Origin: Octopus vulgaris | Lineage: Eukaryota | Assembly (NCBI GenBank): GCA_951406725.2 | Contig: OX597837.1 | Span: 45,074,001-45,138,000, forward strand | Direction: 5' to 3' | Length of the DNA: 64,000 bases | Shown: in pieces, positions 56,685 to 64,000 of the stretch | How positions within the stretch are numbered: position 1 is the stretch's first letter | How the letters are laid out: each line of letters opens with the position of its first letter | The notes under the pieces: model-generated | The model's input: the letters and a program-made list of their open reading frames with translations, nothing else | Database searches by the model: none | Told to the model about the DNA's origin: nothing | Made by a program: the position numbers and the translations under genes

Positions 56685-57460
56685 GGGAGGGGACCAGTCG
56701 ATTAGATCGACCCCAGTACGCAACTAGTAATTAATTCATCTACCCTGAAAGGATGAAAAGTAAAGTCAACCTACACAGCATTTGAACTCAGTGAGTAAAA
56801 ACAGACGACATACCGCTAAGCATTTCGCTCGGCGTGCTAACGATTCTTATTTCTTTATTGCCCACAATGGGCTAAAAATAGAGGGGACAAACAAAGACAG
56901 ACAAACGAATTAAGTTAATTACATGGATCCCAGTGCATAACTGGTACTTAATTTCATAGACCCCGAAAGGATGAAAGGCAAAGTCGACCTCGGCGGTATT
57001 TGAACTCAGAACGCAGCGGCGGACGAAATACCTATTTCTTTACTACCCACAAGGGGCCAAACACAGAGAGGACAAACAAGGACAGACAAACGGATTAAGT
57101 CGATTACATCGACCCCAGTGTGTAACAGGTACTTGATTTATCGACCCCGAAAGGATGAAAGTTAAAGTCGACCTCGGCGAAATTTGAACTCAGAATGTAA
57201 CGGTAAACGAAATACTGCTAAGCATTTCGCCCGGCGTGCTAACGATTCTTATTTCTTTATTGCCCACAAGGGGCTAAACATAGAGGGAACAAACAAGGAC
57301 AGACAAACGGATTAAGTCTTAATCCGTTTATTAATTTTATCGACCCCGAAAGAATGAAAGGCAAAGTCGACCTCGGCGGAATTTGAACTCAGAACGTAAC
57401 GGCGGACGAAATACCACAAAGCATTTCGTCCGGCGTGCTAACGTTTCTGCCATCTCGCCA
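56685..57460 (-). mobile_element. Four-unit SINE A array
   Basis: Four cores on the minus strand joined at tail|AGAATCGTTAG (57250/57249, 56848/56847) and tail|GGTATTTCG (57033/57032). Confidence 0.9.
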
Positions 57461-58041
57461 CCTCAGCAACAACACTTATTGCTTTCCGTCGGTATTTGTT
57501 TAAACAAGGTTTGTTGTTCACCTTCTTCAGTTTCTCATTTTAGTTTTCTCGCAAACATTTTTCGGCCAAGTTCATTGTTCTTTTTCCAACGATGCTTTTC
57601 TGTTTACCTGACAAACTGTCCACCTTGTGCCTCTCTCTATTTTTTTGTATCTCTCCAATGTTTAGAATTCTCTTCCGTTCCTTATTTATTTACTCTTTCT
57701 AAACTCTTCTTCGTAGTATATGTTTTTCGCTATCGATTTTCCTCCTTCTACATTTATAATCGTCTCTTCACGTTTTCTTACACACTTCTCCAGTTTTATA
57801 ATTGCTAAATATACTTTCTTATAATAACAACCCTTCTGTTTATTTCTATTCTTTCGTGTATACAGTCTGTTAATAGAGTTTCGTGTATCTTTCCATTGTC
57901 CATTGTTTAATATTGTGGTTCGTGATGGTCGTGGTGGTGTGGGGGGTGCTGTTATTGCACTTCAACAAGTTGATTTTGGGGTGAAATTATATATATTATT
58001 AAATTCATTTTTATTTCTTCAGTTATTTTCCCTCCTCCTTC

Positions 58042-58072
<31 letters not shown>

Positions 58073-58229
58073 CTTCTTCTTCTTCTTCTTCTTCTTCTTC
58101 TTCTTTTCCTTCTTCTTCTTGTTCTTCTTCTTCTTCTTCTCCTCCTCCTCCTCTTCCTCTTTGTTTTTCGTTTTCATCATTCCCCTTTCTTCCGATTAAA
58201 AGCTCAAAATTAACATCGTCCCACTTAAG

Positions 58230-58865
58230 AGTCCTATCGTAGTCGTTATAGAAGCCATTTCAAGTTGGATTACGCCTCTATTGCCTTCCTTTCGTGGAAG
58301 ATAGAACCTGTGGATGTCTGATTGTCAGTGGTACATCATGTTTAGTGTCAGCATTTTCCTGGTCTCTATGTCCATACGCAGGAGTTCACTAAAATTCCAA
58401 CTGATGACATTAAGTCTATATTGGACAACAACTGGTGCCGCCTGGGAGTTTATAGCTGCAATTCTATTCTGAGAGTTCAGCTCAGTATTCAGGACCGTTC
58501 TGACATATCTATAATACTCTTTCCTGATCTTCTCTTTCATTGATCCATGTTGAATTTGTTTCCCTGCCTGATCCAGGTACTCGATAGATGTTTCCTGTTC
58601 ATGTTTGGTCTTGGTGTTAGCTATTATTGTTTTCATCTTCACGTCTCACATCTTGACTCCTTCAATTTCGAGGTCTTTGTACTTTGAGAATTTCTCCACT
58701 GGTCGGTTAATCTGAATTTCCCGAACAATCTGAATACTGATATGCCCAAGAATGGTAACTTCAGCATTCTTGTGGTGATTTGTGTTCCCACCAATTATTT
58801 TCGTGCAGCATATTGATCAGAGTGTGCACTGAGCTGTACTCTCATGATCAAACTAGAATTTTGTC
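58230..58865 (-). mobile_element. Degenerate R4/Dong-type LINE fragments
   Basis: MKEKIRKEYYRYVRTVLNTELNSQNRIAAINS...LPRKEG.RG (post-RT region) and EKFSKYKDLEIE (RLE). Confidence 0.8.
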
Positions 58866-59601
58866 AATTAACCAATGCTGCACGAAGACGCATTGAATAA
58901 AATACATAATCGTGTAAAGCCATATTCCACACGTTCAAACATACTCCTAAAATCCATTCCCGTCATAAATAGACCACTGTGTGTCCATGTTGTTATGAAG
59001 AAGAATATTTCTCTCCAGATTAATTCCGCAAGAAAGGTTTTCCCACGTTCGAGTGTTCTTGAAAATCTAAAATATGCTGTTTTAGAAGATTCCAAATAAA
59101 TTCATCAGATTAAAAAAATTTCGCACGTAAGACTGGTTTTCGAAATTCAATAAATAAACATTGTCTCAAAATTAACAATACTTAATAAATATAAGAAAAC
59201 ATTCAATACAAAATTTATTTACTACTTGGAAAGCAACTCATAGCATGTATTTTATTAATCCGTACATATTTAATTTTAAACTCATGTTTATAGCATGGAT
59301 TCAATTAGATAAATAATTAAATATATTCAAGCGTAGCCGTGTGGTAAGAAGTTTATTTCCCAGCCTCGTGGTTTCGGATTCAATCCCACTTCGTGGTCCC
59401 TTGAGCAAGTGTCTTCTACAATACCCACGGGCTGACCGAAGTGTTTGTGATTGGATTTGGTAGATAGAGGCTGGAAACGTCAAAGACCCTTCCATGTTTA
59501 CAGAGGGCCAAACTAATACACTTTATTTATTGTTCCCTCGCATGTCTCTGTTTATTTATTTTTTTTATTATTTACATTGACCCATTATACATTTATATAT
59601 A

Positions 59602-60236
59602 CTAGAGGGACCCGTGAATATTTCACGGAATTAATAGAAAACGTACTTGGTTATTTCTGAAAATGTTATCTAAAAAATTGGTAAGTTTAGCCTGTGTTTT
59701 GTCTGTACCAAAAGATAGTCACTCATCTACTATTCATTAAAAAGTGAATGAAATTGGAATACAACGATTACTTAATTCACTTTATATATATATTTTATAT
59801 ACTTTATATATACTTTATATACTTTATGCACAATTTTATAGACTTAATACACAGCATTCTGCTGCTTTCACTCTCACTCTGTGCCTTACCCTCTTTTTCT
59901 GCTTCCTGTTTCATTCCCCACCCCCATTTTCTCTCACTCTTCGCTTTTTTCTTTAACTAATCACGTAAATGCGTTACCGACGGGCTAAGTAACGGAGGAA
60001 AAAGCTTACTTAAAAAAAAACACGTTACACATTTCACTCACCATCACCTCCCACTCACCAACCCTTCCACCTTCCTCTCCACCTCCTCCTCCCCCTCTCC
60101 CTACCCATCTCTTCACTCCACTTCTCCCTCTCCCCCCCTCCCTCTCCTCTCCCTCTCCCGCACTCTTCAACTAATTACGTGAAAGCGTTATGGACGGGCT
60201 AAGTAGCAGAAAAACAAGCAGAATTATATAATGAGA
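59602..60236 (-). mobile_element. Non-autonomous Helitron with duplicated subterminal block
   Basis: Minus strand starts TCTCATTATATAA and ends with hairpin CCGTGAAATATTCACGG then CTAG|T; internal direct repeat ~59955-60006 / ~60169-60219; 12-bp tandem tactttatatat at ~59779-59828. Confidence 0.7.
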
Positions 60237-61440
60237 CATATATATGTGTGTGTGTGTGTGTTTGTATTTATTTGACCCCACTCCACCGCTTGACAACCGT
60301 TGTTGCTATGTTTACATTCCCTTTAACATAGTCTAATGACTGAAACAAGTTAAAAATCAAAGATGTAAACGATTTGATCGTTTGTCGTTGTGTCTTATTG
60401 GCAGAAACATCATAAACACGGAAAACTTTTGAATGATCTTTTTTTTATAAGTTCACAAGACGTACTTATTAAATGGTAATGATTTGATTAATTATTCTTT
60501 AAAAAAAAACTACGAAGTACTTGATACATAATTATAGAATAAACATGGCCTCCATCTCACCAATTAAACATATCACAGAAAAAAATTGAAAACATTTTTT
60601 AAATCAACATGAAAACATAATTTTTGTTCAACACTTAATGATCTTTGATGGACATAGTCTGTTGACCAGATGTAATGAAGATGATGATGATGATGAGAGC
60701 TATGATGGTGTTGGTAGTAGTAGTAGTAGTAGTAGTAGTTGGTCTTGCTCTTGTTCTCGTTGGTAGTGATGGTGGTGGTGGTGATGGTGGTTTTGATGTG
60801 GTAATGAAGGTGATAACAATATCAATGAGGAGATGATGGTGATGTGAGGATGATGATGTTGATGATGATGAGGAGGAGGAGGAGGAGAAGAAGAAAGGAA
60901 GGAGGATGGGAAGAGGAAAATGGTAGTGGTGGTGGTGGTGGTGGTGGACGACGATGACGACCACGACGAAGACGACGACGTCGATGATGATGATGATGAT
61001 GATAATGATGATGATGATGATCTTCAAACATGAAAACTAATGAAGAGAAGCAACACTAGTAAAGGTTGGAGCAAAAGATGGCGAAATCGAATTTGTAATT
61101 TGTGTAGGACGAACGACAGACAGACAGACAGACAGATGAAAGAAAGAAATTATTGAAAAATGAATAATTAAATAAAAAGAAAAAAATATAAAAAAGAGAG
61201 AGAGACAGAGACAGGGAAAGAGAGAGAAAGCATGAAAAAATATTAACTATTAAAAAAAGATTTTTGATAGATTATTTTTTTTTATTGGTTTATTATATTA
61301 ATGTAATTTAATCTTAAAAAGAAATGTCTTTTTGGTTCTGTCTGTGCGGACTTCCTGTGGCGGTAGAGAGTTACCGATATTGGCAAGAGAGAGAGAGAGA
61401 GAGAAAGACTTACACATATGTGTGTTGATACGTACATAAG

Positions 61441-61493
<53 letters not shown>

Positions 61494-61525
61494 ATATATG
61501 TATATGTACATATATATATGTATAT

Positions 61526-61585
<60 letters not shown>

Positions 61586-61639
61586 GTGTGTGTATGTGTG
61601 TGAGTGTGTGTATGTATGAATGTATGTATATAAAAATTA

Positions 61640-62150
61640 TACGAACTCTTCCTGTAGATTATTTACAGAAAGGCAACGGTTACGTCACAATTACATCATT
61701 TTTTTGTCATAGTCTCCTCGCATTTTAATATTGCTCTCAGCGGCCCACGATCTTCGTTATTCTATCGAAAAAGCTGACTTTTCAGCCGGTCCGCAGCCAC
61801 TTAGGCATCACTTCCTGCGCTTCATCGTCCGAAGCAAATCAAAGAGCTCGTAAAGGACGTCTGAGCGGTCCAAAGAGGTGTCAGCCGGAAGGGGGCAAGA
61901 TTTGTACTATATATATATAGTGTGTCCCAGCAATTCGAAACCCGAATTTTCAATTGTTTCTACGGTGTGGGCAGCTGGGTGTAGGCATGCATTTTCGTGT
62001 AGCAGTAACTCTTACTTTGATAATAGACCCCAGCGTTTGGTGCGAATGGTTGGTCTAAGTTTGTTCATCAACATTTTACTGCTGCTTACACTGGTGACCG
62101 TAGACTGCTTTATCAGGTAAAGTTTCTGTATAGTCTTCCCCCCACCAAAA
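61640..62150 (-). mobile_element. Mariner transposase remnant (DD34D region to C-terminus)
   Basis: KLRPTIRTKRWGLLSK*ELLLHENA.LH.AAHTVETI..SGFELLGH..YSTNLAP..HLFGPL...FASDDE...GDY.KK, matching HDNARPH / YSPDLAP / HLF / GDY motifs; stops and frameshifts present. Confidence 0.85.
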
Positions 62151-62185
62151 AAGGAGATAAAAAACAGGTTGGCGTCACTTTTTCG

Positions 62186-62705
62186 ACTTTACGTTCTGAG
62201 TTCAAATTCCACCGAGGGCTAAACAAAGAGAGGACAAACAAGGATAGACAAACGAATTAAGTCGATTACATCGACCCCAGTGTGTAACTGGTACTTAATG
62301 TTATCGCCAAGGCGGCGAGCTGGCAGAATCGTTAGCACGTCGGGTGAAATGCTTAGCGGTATTTCGGCTGCCGTTATGTTGTGAGTTCAAATTCCGCCGA
62401 GGTCGACTTTGCCTTTCATCCTTTCGGGGTCGATTAAATAAGTACCAGTTACGCACTGGGGTCGATGTAATCGACTTAATCCGTCTGTCTGTCCTTGTTT
62501 GTCCTCTCCGTGTTTAGCCCCTTGTGGGTAGTAAAGAAATAGGTATTTTGTCTGTCTTTATGTTCTGAGTTCAAATTCCGCCGAGGTGGACTTTACCTTT
62601 CATCCTTTCGAGGTCGATAAATTAAGTACCTGTACTAGAGTCGATCTAATCGACTGGCTCCCCTCGCCCCAAATTTCGGGCCTTGTGCCTATTGTAGAAG
62701 AGAAT
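62186..62705 (+). mobile_element. SINE A cluster with an inverted internal fragment
   Basis: Plus fragment 62186-62216, minus fragment ~62216-62306, plus dimer 62310-62705 with tail|GGTATTT junction at 62541/62542. Confidence 0.85.
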
Positions 62706-63329
62706 AATAATGATGGTTGCAAATTTTGGTACCAGTTCAGCGGTTTTATCGGGAAACTGGTTGGTCAATTATATCAAGACCATCATGCTTAACTGATACT
62801 TATTTTATCGACCCCAAAGAATGAAAGACAAAATCGACCTCGGCAGAAGTTGAACAGAGCCGGAAGTAAAACCATTGAGCACTTTATTTGACGCGTTAAC
62901 GACTCTGCCAGTTTACTGCCTTAAAAAGAAGAATATTGAAGTTAAGAAGTGTAAGAATAAGACTGTGAATGACGTGAGAAATGTTGAAATAGAATTGGTA
63001 AAGGAAAAAAGCATACGAAAAAAAACAGCAACAAGAACTGGTAAAAAAAGTCATTGTAAACCCATAAAATGAAAACAATATAAACATATAAATACATATG
63101 CAACAATTGCAATAACGACTACATTGACGACATCGAGGACAACGATGATGATGATGGTGATGATGATAGGTGAAGAAGATGGTGGCAGTGGCGATGGTGG
63201 TGGTGGTGGTGGTGGTGGTGGCGGTGGCGGTGGTGGTGGTGATAATAAAAACACGTAATAAAACGAAATCGAATAACATTGACAAAGTAAGTGGTATTAC
63301 GCAAAATAATACAAATGACAACTATAAAA

Positions 63330-63452
63330 GAAATAATAATAATAATAATAATAATAAGAAGAAGAAGAAGAAGAAGAAAAATGATAACAATGATAATAAT
63401 AATAATAATAATAATAACAATAAAAATGATAACAATGATAATAATAATAATG

Positions 63453-63492
<40 letters not shown>

Positions 63493-63511
63493 TAATAATA
63501 ATGATGATGGT

Positions 63512-63573
<62 letters not shown>

Positions 63574-63592
63574 TGGTAATAATAATAATAAC

Positions 63593-63624
<32 letters not shown>

Positions 63625-63643
63625 TAATAATAATGATGATGGT

Positions 63644-63702
<59 letters not shown>

Positions 63703-63724
63703 TAATAACAATAATAATAATAAC

Positions 63725-63764
<40 letters not shown>

Positions 63765-63848
63765 TTAATAATAATAATAAAAATAATAACAATAAAAATG
63801 ATAACAATGATAATAATAATAACAATAATAATAATAATGATGATGATG

Positions 63849-63888
<40 letters not shown>

Positions 63889-63896
63889 TGATGATG

Positions 63897-63965
<69 letters not shown>

Positions 63966-63988
63966 GTAATAATAATAATAGTAACAAT
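63330..63988. repeat. Compound (AAT)n microsatellite with internal block duplications
   Basis: Direct reading; aaaaatgataacaatgataat and aatgatgatggttataat each recur. Confidence 0.97.
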
Positions 63989-64000
63989 GGCAGAAAAATG

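Noticed and set aside
56685-57460. CRISPR-like or tRNA gene array
   Set aside because: Units are ~190-bp SINE bodies without unique spacers; heads are tRNA-derived but do not form complete cloverleaves.

Overview
Eukaryotic, AT-rich, microsatellite-dense genomic DNA. The SINE repertoire and repeat load point to an octopod cephalopod (inference). Most ORFs in the supplied track are simple-repeat artefacts. One host gene is well supported: a minus-strand, apparently two-coding-exon secreted chitin deacetylase-like gene (signal peptide + CBM14 chitin-binding domain in 27002-26369; CE4/NodB deacetylase domain in 14774-13798), with a candidate CRE-TATA-Inr promoter near 27.7 kb. Downstream of it lies a young Penelope-like retroelement (RT + GIY-YIG) arranged as a head-to-head 1.63 kb inverted duplication (6257-7883 / 8091-9716), each arm ending in a minimal hammerhead-ribozyme motif. 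Further hammerhead motifs occur at 11.7, 24.4 and 44.0 kb, one of them in sense orientation within the predicted 3' UTR of the deacetylase. The rest consists of tRNA-derived SINEs, two non-autonomous Helitrons, and decayed R4/Dong, HERO, RTE, mariner, Tc1/pogo, hAT and Penelope remnants. The most novel-looking signal is a SINE family that appears to insert into two fixed sites of its own tRNA-like head, with the 3' tail variant predicting the site and one insertion carrying a 19-bp target-site duplication.
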